In this document: piece after piece, positions 1 to 14,000 of the stretch | Layout of the letters: the number at the start of each line of letters is the position of its first letter | Position numbering within the stretch: the first letter of the stretch is position 1 | Source: Basidiobolus meristosporus CBS 931.73 | Taxonomy: Eukaryota > Fungi > Basidiobolomycota | DNA length: 64,000 bases | Direction: 5' to 3' | Assembly: GCA_002104905.1 (NCBI GenBank) | Contig: MCFE01000207.1 | Location: 64,828-128,827 of the forward strand | Made by a program: the position numbers and the translations under genes | Notes under the pieces: generated by a model | What the model saw: only the letters and a program-made list of their open reading frames with translations | What the model was told of the DNA's origin: nothing | Database searches by the model: none

Positions 1-244
1 ACCTGCCTTCAACAGTACATCTCAGACCTGCCATCAAGGAGCTTTTCAGGGTAGTGCACAAGACACACTGAGGCCTTTGGAGACACTTAGAGCACCTAGG
101 AAGCTAGAGAAGCAGGAGTTTTTACCAATGTGACATATTGACAAAGACACCAGCAGTTTAGACCCAGAGGTTATTGCACCCATCAGACACCTCACACACC
201 TTGAGTTGTGTAGCTTCTCCCAGGAGTACCTCTACACCACCACA
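1..244 (+). repeat. 3' part of a family-B LTR (window-truncated), abutting a copia integrase remnant
   Basis: Reverse complement of 5345-5590 and 8468-8710; ends in ...CACCACCACA like the LTR at 38834-39903. Confidence 0.8.
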
Positions 245-1748
245 CCGCCTAAGGATAAGTTTTGCATAGGTCCACACAGATCTGAGTGAATTAGATCTAA
301 TTTTCTCTTAGTTTTGATTAACCCAGAGCTCTTGAACGGTTGTCTGGCTTGTTTCCCATATATGCAGGCTTCACAGTGCTCCCAATTAGCTGGGGGATCA
401 ATTTTTACTCCAGAAATTAGCTGATCCTTGATCATTTTGCTCAAATAATCAAAATTGATGTGCCCAAATCTCCTGAGCCAAAGCATTGGTGTTTCTTCAT
501 TTAAGTTACTTATACTGGCTTCCAAATATGATGGAATATAAGTCAACTTGTATAGATTCTGATCTCTGATGCCCAAAGTAATATGGGCACCATTTTGTCA
601 GTGATCTTGCATCCAGAATTGTCAAAGCTGAAACTGAGTCCTTCTGCTGTGGCCTTGCTTACAGATAGTAGGTTCTTGGCAATTTCTGGTACATAGAGTA
701 CTTCTTTAAAGGTCATTGTATGGCTTCCTTCACTGTTTCTTAGGTTTACTTGGATAGTTCCTTCTCCCACTGCATTTAGTATTCTATTGTCACCCATGAA
801 AACCTTCTTCAATTGGAATTTCTTGATATTGGGTGAAAAGTTCTTTTTGGTGTGTAAAGTGTTGAGATGCTCCAGAGTCAATATACCACATCTGAGAATC
901 CTTGTTTGTGGTGATATTTAGTGCAGATATGAACAGTTTATCTTCAGTTGTTACAGCAATTCCATATTCAGGCTTCTTTTGCTGATAATCTCTCTTTTTG
1001 AGACACTGGTCAGATATGTGCCCTTTCCTTTTGCAGTAGTTGCAAAATAGGTTGCTGTTGCCTTTGTAAGGTCTCGGGTACCTCCTTTGTTAGTTATCAT
1101 TGCTTATTAAAGCATTTTCTTCTTCCTTCTTATTGGCACTTGATTTTCATAATTCTTCATCCAGGAGCCTTCCATATATGTAATTTAAGGTCAAGTCTTC
1201 AGTTCTGGACTCTATGGCTGATACAAGGCCCTGAAACTTGTCTGTCAGGCTATACAGGATGGTAACTATCACATCCTCATCAGTAGTTGGTATGCCCACA
1301 GATTTCATCTCATCTACCAGCAGGGTAATTCTGTTAATTAGATTTTCATTTCTTCTCCTGGCAGCATCTTTGTAGTAAAGAATTTTTGTCTGAGATACAT
1401 TTTCTTAGCAGCTGAACATGACTGGTAGGTGTCTTCTAGTGCTTTCCAGGCATTCTTTGCTGTTTTTGCTCTTGGCATTGAATTGGCAATTTGTCTTTAA
1501 CATTAAGGCAAATGCAGTAAAAGGCACCTTGTTCTTTCTTCTGGTACTTCAAGGCTTCCTCTCCCACATTTTTAGGAGGGCATTCTTCTCCCATAACAGT
1601 ATACCAAAGGCCTCTTTCTTGTAGCAGCATCTTCATCTTCACCTTCCACACTTGATAGTTAGATCCATCCAACTTTTCAGCAGAGGGAAAAATTCCAGTA
1701 ATAGCAGTAGTAGACATTGCAGAGAATGACAGCTTGGGGCTCATAACC
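245..1748 (-). mobile_element. Degenerate Ty1/copia gag-protease-GAG-pre-integrase-integrase start
   Basis: EKLDGSNYQVWKVKMKMLL gag N-terminus; LWLRRFGHINF..CEACIYGKQARQPF; LDLIHSDLCGPM; stops and frameshifts; PBS GGTTATGAGCCCC at 1736-1748. Confidence 0.9.
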
Positions 1749-2023
1749 TGTTGTAAGAGTCTGGGAGATATTGGAAGTGGTTGGGAGGACAAGTAGATTA
1801 TGTGGTTTTTACTTAATGATTTATTGAATGTAAGGTTAGTATTGATATTTTTACCTGGTTTTGGCATTACAAACATGTAGAATTGGTTAAGGAAGGTCCC
1901 AAGAACATGTGTGCAAAGTTTGGGGCTGTTTGGACAACTTTAAGAATTTTCATATTCTGGGTACCTGGTATTTTGGTGAAAATATTCCAAGTAAATCCCA
2001 ACATGGAATTTGGTCAGTATTCT
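1749..2023 (-). repeat. Copia 5' LTR, truncated by a CACTA fragment
   Basis: Starts TGTTGTAAGAG on the + strand; matches 49017-49364 and 51805-52136. Confidence 0.8.
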
Positions 2024-2870
2024 ACCTGAGTTCCTTCTTTGCAGCAAAGATACTGCATTCTCTACCTGGGATATTGACTTCTCTACATATATTATCTGCT
2101 CACCCTGTTGCTGGACTATATCTTGATTTCTCTGAGCTATTGCATATATCCTACCAGCCACAGCACCTAATTGCCTCATTAGTGCTTTTGTATAAGCTGA
2201 CAACATACTGGCTTATATGGATGTTGGTGATGTGGTGGTGGCCACTTACTGGTCTTCAACCAAAGGTACTGCATTTACTACATTCACATCTGCCTGCACA
2301 TTGTGTTTAGCATGGGGCTCTGCAGAAGCTCTCATTTATCTATGTGGCTGAGAACCTGAGGAGTCCACATTATTACCTTCAGTGAGCACACTGTCAACAC
2401 GACCTTTTTTGGATGTAGCCCTGGTTGTTATACTATATGTCAAAGAAAGCTGGTATCCAACCATTCTTCTACTGCAATCAATAATGCAGTTTGGTTGTGA
2501 ACCTGACTGCTTTGCTTTATTTTTGGGCAGAATATATATAGAAGTTAGTCAAACCAAAGTGGAAATAATGTTGCATATATATGTATATGTGGTGCCACAG
2601 CTTTATTTATAAGGCTTACTATGGGTGGCCATCATTGAATCTTACATTCATGTATTTGTAATGTCCCAATTACAAGACTGTCTTGAGCTCATACGAGTAT
2701 TGACAAAAAAGTGAAATAATAGTGTTATGTTGCTGAGTGTCAAACCCTTTGCCCCATGGAGAAGACTACTTTGATCTAATGCCATAATAGAAGAGAAAAA
2801 CAGCATGTGGCTATTTTAACAAGCCTTTCAGCCATGAAGTATACAGTCAGCAAAGTAAGTATTACAAGTG
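2024..2870 (-). mobile_element. Fragment of the CACTA-like element (5' part of ORF2 and the inter-ORF region)
   Basis: MLSAYTKALMRQLGAVA... homologous to 4600-5200 and 21200-21960. Confidence 0.65.
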
Positions 2871-5344
2871 TCCCTATGAAAAGTTATTGTGACAATCCCA
2901 TCAAAAGACCGTCACAAATTTAATGTCCCATGACTAAGAGGTACTGATCCCATCAGGACTTCATGTAGAGACCATTTAAAAATAATTGCAACCCAGATTT
3001 CACAAAAATCTTTGTCAAGATTTTCATCAGAATAATATAATAGTGGCTTTTGATTAGTTCCCTCCCAATTTGCTAACTTTCTGATCCTGGACACTTGATC
3101 ACCTCCTACATTGGTGTACATCAACTGACTACTGCCCCTTTCTCACACTCCATACTTCCTGACTCAACCATTTCTCTTACTTTTGATGTATACAACTTGA
3201 CTTATTTCCATTGAAACTTCAGTTGTACCTCAATTGCCAATTTTTTTGACCTATATTAGTCCCTATACCCTACACTAACATCAGGCTGAGCCCCACAACC
3301 AACAAGTAACTCCATTAAAATCCACCACTTGGTAAGTATTTCTGCTGTCATGCTCTGTTTCCATGACTCCAGCAGGAACCCAACAGTTTTATGCCACTTT
3401 CATTCTCTGGTTCCCACATGTCTGGGTCTTCCACTGGCACTACAAGGTCAAGCATCTCATCTGCCAGTCTTTGCAATAAATCCTTGCAATATTCAAGTGC
3501 ATTTTCTTGGGCACTGCTCTTGAAGAAGTGCTGCAACCTGTTTGTTTGCCTATTAATTCCAAAATTCCACTGAAGACATTCTGATAGTCTTTCAAGTTCT
3601 TTGCATTATAGCCTTGTCTGTCAGTTGGATCTCCACTCCATCCACAACAGAGGATGTGGAGGCTTTGGTAGACAAATTACCATTCTCTGCAAACTCATTG
3701 ACCTTGCTGGAGTGTAGCTCAACTGCCTGTGCTTCCAACTTTTGTGAAAACAGCTCTTTTGTTGTTGGAATTCTTCTTGGCTATGATGGTATTTAGTCTG
3801 TTCTGGGCTTATGGCGCTAATTGGCAAGAACTGCAGTTTCTTTTGTATGCTTCTCAGTCTCTGGCTTGAGTGGATATTTTCTCCCTCACCTATTCCTTTA
3901 TCACTGCCAGGTCTCTCACTGCTACTGTGTCTGTGTGCTACTTGTAATGAACTACATTTTCTCCTTGATAAATTCTGCACTGATGTATCTGTTTTGATCT
4001 GCTTGTCCCTTGCTGGCACTCTCATGGCAACTTGATGTTTCTTTACCACTGGCCTTGAGCTCTTGGCGCAGTTTTGGAAGGCTCCTGAGAAAGCCACTGA
4101 TTTTATCACTGCAAGGTCCTTCACTGCTGCTTTGAATGGGTTCTTTGTGAGTGGTAGTATGCCTTTTCCTTGATAAGTATTATACTGGGGCATCCATGTC
4201 TGCCTGCTTGTCCCTTACTGGCAATCTTCCAGCTACCTGACATCTCTTTGTTGCTTGCTTCAAGCTTTTGGCCCTGCTTGTAACAGGCTCTGAGGAAGCT
4301 GCTAGTTTTTAGCCATGGCACCTTTGTTCTTCTGCCTTTGATAGTTTCTGCTATTCTTAAGATACTTTTATAGCATACCAATGCTAGCCCAAAATCTGTT
4401 TGCCCATCACAGATCTTCAATGACTTTTGATTTTGAGACTTTGGTATATACACCACATTGTCTTCCTCCCATGCTGTGATTGGTTTTTCTGTAAGCTTTA
4501 TCTTTGGACATTTTTGTGATGCTACAAGGAGTGTATGGTGTTTCCCTGCTGTTACATTTGTAGATGGCTCAATTCTTGGCTGTGACATTGCGCTACCTGA
4601 GTTCCTTCTTTACAGCAAAGATACTACTCTCTCTACCTGAGATATTGATTGCTCTAGACATATTGTTTACTCATCCTGTATCTGGACAATTTTCTGATTT
4701 CTCTGGGCCATTGCATCTATCCTATCAGCTACTGCACCTAATTGCCTCATCAATGATTTGGTATGAGCTGACAACATACATGCTAATATGGGTGGTAGTG
4801 ATGTTATGACAGCCACTCAATTGTCTTCAACTGAGGGTACTGCATTTACTACACACTACTCTGCCTGAGCATGATGGTTGGCTTGTGGATCCACAGAGGT
4901 CCTCAATTGCCTACATGACTGAAAGCTTCAGCAGTTTGCATTTCTACCTTCAGTGGGCACACTGTCAACATGGCCTTTTTGGATGTGGCCCCTGTTCTTG
5001 CACTGGATGTCAAAGCAAGCTGTTGCTCAACTGTTCTACTGCTACCATCAGTAGTGGGGTTGATTGAGAACCAGACAGCTTTGCATTATTTTTTTGGTGG
5101 CATATATATGGAAGTGAGTCAAGCCAAAGAGGAAATACATGGATCACAGCAAGTGTTTTGCCACACAAGTCATCTTTGTCCATTCTTCAATCTATACTGT
5201 ACCATCTTTGCCTTGTGAATATGGCACACAGAGTGATAGCTCTGATAAAGAAGGCTCACTGATGGATTGTGAATCTATTTCTCCTAACAACAGTACCACA
5301 AATGAGCCCAGTCAAACCCCAATATGCAATCAGAGTGCACCTGT

Positions 5345-8300
5345 TGTGGTGGTTTACAGGTACTCCTAGGAGAGGCTACCAAACTCAAGGTGTATGAGGT
5401 ATCTGATGGGTGCAATACCCTTGGGGTCTAAACTGCTAGTGTCATTGTCACTCTGTTACTATAGTAGGAGCTCCTGCTTATCTAGCTTCCTTGGTGCTCC
5501 AAGTGTCTCCAAAGGCCTCTGTGTGTCTTGTGCACTACCCTGTAAAGCTCTTTGATGGCAGGTCTGAGGTGTAACTGTTGAAGGCAGGTGCAGTAATCAA
5601 CTACTAATCAATAAGGGAGATGTGTCACTGATAGAAGGGATAATTTATTAATTAGGGATTGACTTCCCTTGAATACTTTTTCAGATTGCAAAGTGATTAC
5701 TGATAAAAGGTTCTAAAAGGTTCCAAGCATCACAGGAATTCATGATGACATCACTTTGAGCTAAAAGTACTCCAAGAAGCTCTTGAAAGGTTCTAAAAGG
5801 CACAGCACATTCAGTCAATCAGGGATCAGAGGTCTGAAACTTGTGTAGCATAGAGATACCATATGAAGTATTGAAATGGTAGGGATGGTAGCACAGACTT
5901 AGGCCATGTATCACTGGTACTGATGCAGGTACTTGCCTAATGTAAATACATATACTAATAACAAAGCTGAATAACATATGGGATAACTGATGCTAGTAAC
6001 TAATCAGGAGTAACATCATATGGGGATAATACTAATACTATAGGCAAAGATGAAGAGGTTAATACTGATAAGACAGAATTTGGATAAGTGCATTATACTA
6101 GCTATATGGATAAACCTGTCTGTGGGAGGTAAATTTACCCTACCATATTCACCCCCCACTTCAGCTAAAAGTTCCCTGAAGCTTTTTAGCCAGCCACTGT
6201 AAGTATGGAGAACAAAGTGCTCTCTCAGTCATTGTCATTGAAACCACCTCTCTTTTCCTGGGATAGAAATGTATATTATGTCACTGATTGGGTATTTCTA
6301 GAGTCCACACCACAAAAAGTAGCTGTTAGTCCTGGACTCTCTGAGTATCTTGTATACCATGCTGAGCCATCTGGGTAGCTCACTGCTGTTGCTCTTGCTT
6401 ACACCTCCCATGACCTTCCATGAAGTACGTCACAGTTGGCCTTTGCACAAATGGAGAATTTTGCGGGATATTCCTTCAATGATGAGAGGGAAGCTGTGAA
6501 TGATTCCTAAAAGCTTTGATTGCCCTGAGTTGGCATTCTTCATGCTCCACTTGATGTTGGCGTATATGGGCAATAGGTCTTTGCATGCTAGTTGTTTCCA
6601 AGCCTCCAAAGGCATTGCACATATTTCAGTTCCACTGCCTGTATGACGTCGGATTTCTTGATATGCACAGTTCCAGTAGCTGTTGCAGTTGCCACTGAGT
6701 AGTAGTGTTTTGAGTTCTGATGCAGCTTACTGATATCTTGGCTTCCCTGAACTGTCTTGACCTGGTTGCCTTGGGTTGCTTCATTTGATGCTCTCTTATT
6801 CTGATGTGCTCATCCAGAGTCTTTCCTACAGTAGGCAATACACTGAGTAGCTCTACAGCCTTAATTGATATGTTCCTACCTAATATATGACTTTTCAGAG
6901 CCTCAGGGGTACCTTTTTACATAACTCTGAGCTGCATGTGGTAATTGTTAGCCTTGTCAGACTGTTGCAAAGTTAAAGAGGGTGATGCTTTCTTCTCAAG
7001 CACAACTTCTGGCTCACATCTTGGTACTTTTGTTGATGGGCCTGGATTAGCTAGTTTTTCAGGATGGTGTCTATTTGTATCATAAATTAAAGCTATATGA
7101 TCTTGGGACTCTTTAGGGTCCTCATAATCAAGGTTAAGAGCTTCAGCTGGATCAAAGTAGTGAGGATCTTCATCTTCACAGAGGTGCACCTTTCTTGTGT
7201 GAGAGGTTACTTGCTTGAAGAAAACCCCCATTCCTCTTTGGCCAAATGCTGTAGATAATTTGTCACCATGCTTACCAATTATATATCCCTGAGGACTATA
7301 TACAATATCACCTGTGGATAGTAATAACTGAAGCTATTGGCAATCTCCCTTAGAATGAATGGCAGAGTTACACCATATGCATGCCCTCAGAAAAAAAATT
7401 AAGAAAAGGCCTGTAGAATACCATCAAAAAAAAAGCTGGATTCCAATTTCTCAAATCTGACAACTATCATTATCTCACGTACTAGCAGTTGGGCTGACAA
7501 GCCAACATATTTTCCAAGAGGAGACTAGGTCATCCAGGTTTTATAACAGATTTGGTGATTAGCTGCCCACTACTTCCATCAAAAATTGCAACTGGATATT
7601 TGAACAAACAATACCGGCTGAATACCAGCTAAATACCATTAGAATACCAGCAGCATACTGGCAGAAAATCAGACAAGTTCCAAGTTTGGGATATTTCATA
7701 GGGATGTGTATTTGACTTCCTCAGCTACTGGTTTCTGTCCATATGCTTGGCTGGCCAGTAGCAAAGAAGGTGTCTCTAGTTGCTTTGTCAGCTCCCAGAT
7801 TTTAGTGTATTGCTTACTGGTGTTAAGTAAGTCTTGACTATCTTGAATTTGTGCTTGGCCTGAAAGAAGTTTTCTGATTAGTGGGGCCTCTTCAGGGGCA
7901 AGCAGAATCTTCTTAGCTAATTGAAATGCAGGTGGTGAACTCATAGCTCTCACAGCAGGATCATCTTCAGTCCTTCTCACCTTGCCTTCTGATAGTGCTC
8001 TGAGAAGATAGGCAGATAAAGTGGAATAGGTAATAACTCCTTGGGCTTTCAGTAGCTTTCCAATTTGCTTAAGGCCACTCAAGTGTTCATTCAATGGCAG
8101 CACCTCAAACTTGCTATAAGCAAAGCTCTTTAAACCTTTAAGTGTGTGGTCAACTTGTCTCTATCCATATTCTTCAATCAAATAGATCTTCAAGAGGGTC
8201 CAATTTGCAAGGGGATCATTCCTTTCATATAATGAGGGCATTATCTCATCAGTACTCTAAGGGAGCATCTCTTCTGTTAAATGGCATCTGGTACTTGATG

Positions 8301-9270
8301 GGCTCTGCAGAAAAGCTCCCAGCTCTTAATGAAAGCTTTAACTTTTGTTCCATCAAAGAAAGGAGTCCCTTGCATTCCTGGTAAAGTGGATTCATGGTCT
8401 TGGTAATATTTCTTTCTTGAATATTCTAGGGCAGTTCAATTGTACCCCCCATGTTGGGTGCCAAATATTTGGTGGTGTAGAGGCACTCCTGGGAGAAGCT
8501 ACACAACTCAGGGTGTGTGAGGTGTCTGATGGGTGCAACAACCTCTGGGTCTAAACTGCTGGTGTCTTTGTAATTCTGTTACTTTTGTAAAAGCTCCTGC
8601 TTCTCAAGCTTCCTTAGTGCTCCAAGTGTCTCCAAAGGCCTCTGTGTGCCTTGTGCACTACCCTGTAAAGCTCTTTGATGGCAGGTCTGAGTTGTAACTT
8701 TCAAAGGCAGGTGCAGTGATCAACTGCTAATCAATAAGGGAGATGTGTTACTGATAGAAGGGATGATTTATAAATTAGGGACTGACTTCCCTTTAATACT
8801 TTTCCCAATTGCCAAGTTATTGCCAATGATAAGGTTCTAGAAGATTCCAGCATCAGTAAAATTCTCAATGACATCACTATGAGTTAGAAATACTCCAAGA
8901 AGGTCATGGAAAGTTCTAAAAGGCACAGCACATCCAACCAATCAGGGATCAGTAGTCTGAAGCCTGTGTAGCATAGAGATACCATATGAAGTATTGAAAT
9001 GGTAAGGATGGTAACACCAACTTAGGTCATGTGTCACAGGTACTGATGTGGGCACTTGCCTAATGTAAGTACACATACCGCTCACAAAGCTGAATCCTAT
9101 TTGCAATAATCAATGCTAATAACTAATCAGGAGTAACATTATTTGGGGATAATACTAACAATATGGGCAAAGAAGAATGGGATAATACTGATTAGATAAA
9201 ATATGGAGAAGTGCATTATAACAGCTATATGGATAAACCTGTCTGTGGGAGGTATGGTTACCCTACTAAA
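5345..9270 (-). mobile_element. LTR retrotransposon family B, apparently gag-only (non-autonomous)
   Basis: Direct repeats of about 803 bp (5345-6147, 8468-9270); PBS 8445-8463; PPT 6148-6160; 2.3 kb interior with PFFDGTKVKAFIKSWELFC and zinc knuckle CIWCNSAIHSKGDC (7340-7381); no RT/RH/IN motif recognised. Confidence 0.8.
8445..8463 (-). promoter_or_regulatory. Primer-binding site, tRNA-Lys type, CpG-decayed
   Basis: TGGCACCCAACATGGGGGG, 4 nt inside the 5' LTR, versus the tRNA-Lys1,2 PBS TGGCGCCCAACGTGGGGC; both internal mismatches are CG>CA. Confidence 0.75.
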
Positions 9271-10289
9271 TTGATGAAACAAATGCAGATGATACTTTAT
9301 GGAGCTAAGTAAGCCCAGTAATCCATCTACTGGTGAATGATGTTATCCTGTGGCTAGAGAAGTGGTGTGCTTTCACCAATAATGGTACTGGGGGCTCTGA
9401 GGACTTACTTTTACTGGCAAAAAGCATTCTGAGATACAACTTACGATGTAAATGGTACAAGTGGACAATCCTCATGCAGCTGGCAACATACAACCCAAAA
9501 GCTGTCCTGATTCCAACATGTGTTAACAGTCTCATGGAACTTTAATCCAAAAATATCACCATTGCTACATTTCCAAATTACTAAGAATCCACCACTATTG
9601 GGGGAAGACATTGTTCACACTCCTGATATATTCCAGTAATAACCTGCTTAAAGAAGCTCATGCAGTGTGACAGATATTTCAAAGCTATAGAGTACTGCAC
9701 TCAGTATCAATCAAGTGCAAATATATGCAATTTATTTGATTGTAAACATTGCAAACACCTAAGAATTAAGGGTTACTACAAAGGTATGTATCACCATGCC
9801 TTTACCTTAGCACTTGATGGATTTTCATTAAAGTAGTACTCTACCAGCAATTACTGCTGGCCACAGTTTCTCATCAACCATAATCTGCCACCCATGTCAT
9901 GGTATCAGGGCAAAAATCTGATGGTAGTCTCATTGGTAGCTGGGCCTATATTACTGTCCATACTGGATAGCTACCTGTATCCATTGCTGGATGAGTTTTA
10001 GATGCTTTTCAGTGGGATAACAGTAAATAGCCATCATGTCAAAGTGCATGCTATTATCTGCATTGGAAATACCCCAGCCATCAGCAAGATAGCCTGCTGA
10101 TTACACTCTTCCCTTGGATATAACACTTTTTTTTAGCATTATCACTCTGCATGCTATATTTAGAATGCTGGTGTGATTCTCACAGTGTCACAAATTCACC
10201 AGAATCAGTTTGCCAAAGGTTATAAAGATTGACAGGTACCAATATAGAAGTATTAACTGACCAGCAAGATAATATTGGTACAGTGGTGA

Positions 10290-11011
10290 ATGATAAATGG
10301 TCATATCTGTCTTGTGTGGCAAAACACTGGCCATGATCCTAATCATACTTCCTATGCTGTCTGTGTGCTTCATGGCTCAGAGGCTACCTACAATAGCCAC
10401 ATGGTTTTTTTTCCCTTTACTTGTGGTGTTGAATCAAAGTAGTCTTATCCATGGGGCAAACAGCTTGACTTTCAACAATGTAATGCTATTATATCACTTT
10501 TTGGTCAATACTCATGTGAGTTTAAGACAGTCTTGTATTTGAGAAATTGTACCTATATGAATGTAGGCTTCAATGATAACCTGCCATAGTAAGCACTATT
10601 AATAAAGTTGTGGCCTCATATACCATCACATATGCAACACTATTTTTTCTTTGGTTTGACTCGCTTCTATATAAATGCTTCCAACAAATAAAGCAAAGTT
10701 CTCTGGCTCCCAACTAAACCCCACCACAGAGGGCAGCAGAGAATGGTTGGATAACAACTTGCTTTGATATTCTGTGCACAAGCAGGGCTACATCCAAAAA
10801 AGGTCATTTTGACAATGTGCCTACTGAAGGCAATGATGAGGACACCTCAGGCTCTCAGTCAAGTAGGCAATTGAGAATCTCTGCACAGCTGCAAGCTGTC
10901 CATTATGCTCAGGCAGATGAGAGTGAAGTAAACATAGTACCTTCAGTTGAAGACAAGCAAGTGGCTGTCATAACATCATCACCACCCATATTATATATGT
11001 AGAGCAATCAA
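10290..11011 (+). mobile_element. CACTA-like fragment (inter-ORF region and ORF2 5' part)
   Basis: Homologous to 41370-42030 and to the reverse complement of 21400-21960. Confidence 0.65.
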
Positions 11012-14000
11012 GGTTCACTGGCTATAGGTACACCTATAGCAATTGGTCATTTGGTGGCAAGGTCAATTGCTACTAAGATCCAACAGTTGCATTTCCTAGT
11101 GGTTGGCAGACTTCCAATATAGTTAATTCCCCATCTCTCAAATGGTCCTGCAGGCTCCAAAAGAAAGAATTTGACAAATCTTTGTGGCTGACCTTTATTG
11201 ATTTGGCAGTTTAGGCAGGTTTTCACTGGCCTCTCAATATCCTATTTCATTGTGGCCCACAATGCTCAGGCTTTCACAAAGCTATAGGTTCCTTCAATCC
11301 CAATATGGCCATATCCATTGTGTAGCTTATATATTAAATCTAGGCAAGCAACATAAGGGCAATAGGGAACAGGGCTTCCATCAACAATCCAGTAGAGTGT
11401 TTAATCCTGTACTACAAGCTTGCTGGCTTCATCCTGGATTATCTTCTTGATATCTTCATCCACCTCCTTAGGAATTGCTTGGTCCTCCAAGTACTTTGGC
11501 AATAAGCTAGGTAAATCTGATCCATGCACTAAGCTGAGTTCTGCCACTTGTTGTAGTCTTAACAAGGCATCAGCAACCATGTTGTTATTTCCAGGGCAGT
11601 AGACAATCTCAAAATCAAATTGCTGAATGTATTCACTCCTTGTCATTCTTCTGAATAGTACATTATGGGTAAGTATGTACTTGAGGGAGGTGTAATCAGT
11701 CATTACAGTACATTTGACTCCTTCAATATAGCATCTCCATATCTTCAGGCAGTGTATTATAGCAAGCATCCCCTTCTCATGCACTGGATAGTTGTGTTCT
11801 GCTATGTTCAGTTCCTTGCATTCAAAGGCTATTAGGTAGTCCTTTCCCTTGTGTTCTTGGCTCAGTACTTCCCAATTGCATAGTCAGAATCATTGGTGCA
11901 CATTATTAAACTCTCTCTGCAGTCTGGGATTCTTAAGCTTGGCAGCTTGGCAAAGTCATTCTTGAGTGTCTGATAGGCAGTCTCACGGACTATGTCCCAC
12001 TTGATGGTATTGTCTTTCTTGAGAATATCAATCAAAGGGGCTGCAGTACTTGCAAAGAACTTGACCAATATCTAATAATAGGGAACCATTCCAAGGAATG
12101 GACTGAGCACTGATATGCTATGTGGCTGCTTGAGATTCTCAATGACTTCAACCTTCTTGGGTTCTAAGGTCACTCCTGAGCTATTCACTATGTGTCCCAG
12201 ATAATCAACATGTTCCTTCAAGAATTCACACTTTGCTAGCTTGCCATACAGCTTGTTTCCTCTTAGCTTCTTCAAGTCCTTTTCAATGTGCTCCAAGTGT
12301 TCCACTTCTGTCTTGCTGTATTTCAATATGTCATCTAGGTAGATAACCACAAACTTGTCTAAGCATTTCTGGAAGACTGTTTGAATCAAGGTCATCAATG
12401 TTGCAGGGGCATTGGTGAGGCCAAAACTCATGACTAGATACTTGTAATGTCCATATCTGGTTCTGATTGATGTCTTGGGGATCTCTTTGTTTACACCTTA
12501 ATCTTGTTATATCCTGACATGAGGTCAATCTTGCTGAATACAGTGGCTCCATTAAGTTGGTCCAAAAGCTCATAAAGGCAAGGTGTGGGGCACTTATTCT
12601 TCATGATAACTGAATTGAGGGCTCTGTAATCAATGCACATCCTAAGTATTCCATCCTTCTTTTTCACAAAAAGTATTAGTGCACCCCAAGGTGACTCACT
12701 GGGTCAGATATATCATTGCTCAAATTACTGATCTATTTGTTGCTTCATCTCTTCCAACTTCAATAGACTCATTCTGTAAGATGTCTTACTCATTGCAGGG
12801 CTATCTCCTGTGTCAATGGCATGATCCACATCTCTGACCAGTGGTAGGCTTACAAGTTAATCTGGAAATAGGTCTGAATATTCTTTCAAAAGAGTCTGGA
12901 CCTTCTGAGGGGCTTTAGTAGAGGAATCTTCCTGTAATACTGCCATGAGGAACATCTGAATGCCTTTTCTAAGTGCTCTACAGAACTGTGTCTTGCTAAG
13001 TTCACTTATTTCGCACACACTGGAATTGACCAAGTTCCAGTCAGGCAGGTAATAGCTCATAGGTCTTATTGTCCTTTTGAATCTGAGTAGCATGGGTTCT
13101 CCAGTCAATTAATGGATAGCAGCAAAATAGCCAGGTTTTTCAAGTACAAGGTCTAACATACAGTTTCAAATATTTAGGCCTGTTGGTCATCTTCATAGTC
13201 CTTGATCTTCAACCTTACTGGGTGATTAATATGGTTGATTATGTGAGAGTTCCCATCAGCTGTGGAGACTGAAGTTGATTTAGTGAGTTCTGAGTTGATT
13301 CCAGCTTTCAAAGCAAATTGCCCTGACATGTACTCATGCAATGCTCCTAAGTCAATCATGATCTTGGCAGGTACTCAATTGAGTACTTCATTCAAGTATA
13401 ATGGTTTTCCTGAGTTTGAGGTCATCTGGGATAGTAATTCTTCTATCATATGGAAGGTGAGCTAAGAGTCTTCTTCAAGTTAGTCCTCCATGTTACCAAG
13501 TTCAGGGGCTTCAATATGGTTGAAGGTTCTCAATGGCTGGTGTCCATTTCTTCTCTGAGGGCAGTACAATGCAATATGTCCCTGCTGGTGGCAATTAAAA
13601 CAAAGTCCTTTCTTCTTACATTCTTCTGATGTAGGATTCTTCTGCGTAGCATCTATTTACATTGGCACTGATTCTGATTATCTACTTTCATAGTGATTAT
13701 AGCCTCTCCAACTAGTCCTTGTGGGCTTTGCAACTCCTACCATAGCTGAGTCATATTTAATGGCAATCCTGATGGCTTCTTCAATAGTCTGAGGTCTTCA
13801 ATAGGTCACTTCTTTACAAGTTCTTTCTTTCAACACATCACTAAAGTATTCCATATGATCCAGAGGGTCCATTCTTTGATTTGTCAAAGGAATATCTATA
13901 TTGATAGATGTACTCTTGGACCAGTTCTTTCTGTCTGAGTGTCTTCAACTTTCTTCATAGTAGTGTATGTTGGTGGAGGGGTTTAAAGCATCCTGAATTT

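Larger units (their letters stand above)
2872..10130. mobile_element. CACTA-like copy with left terminus, ORF2 remnants and transposase 5' part; interrupted by the LTR element at 5345-9270 and 3'-truncated
   Basis: Left TIR CCCTATGAAAAGTTATT at 2872; ORF2 remnants 3300-5100 (-); transposase remnants 5210-5344 and 9271-10130 (+) continue across the insertion. Confidence 0.75.

Noticed and set aside
7390-7440. A-tracts as a poly(A) retroposon tail
   Set aside because: Short tracts inside the gag remnant, with no TSD or LINE/SINE body
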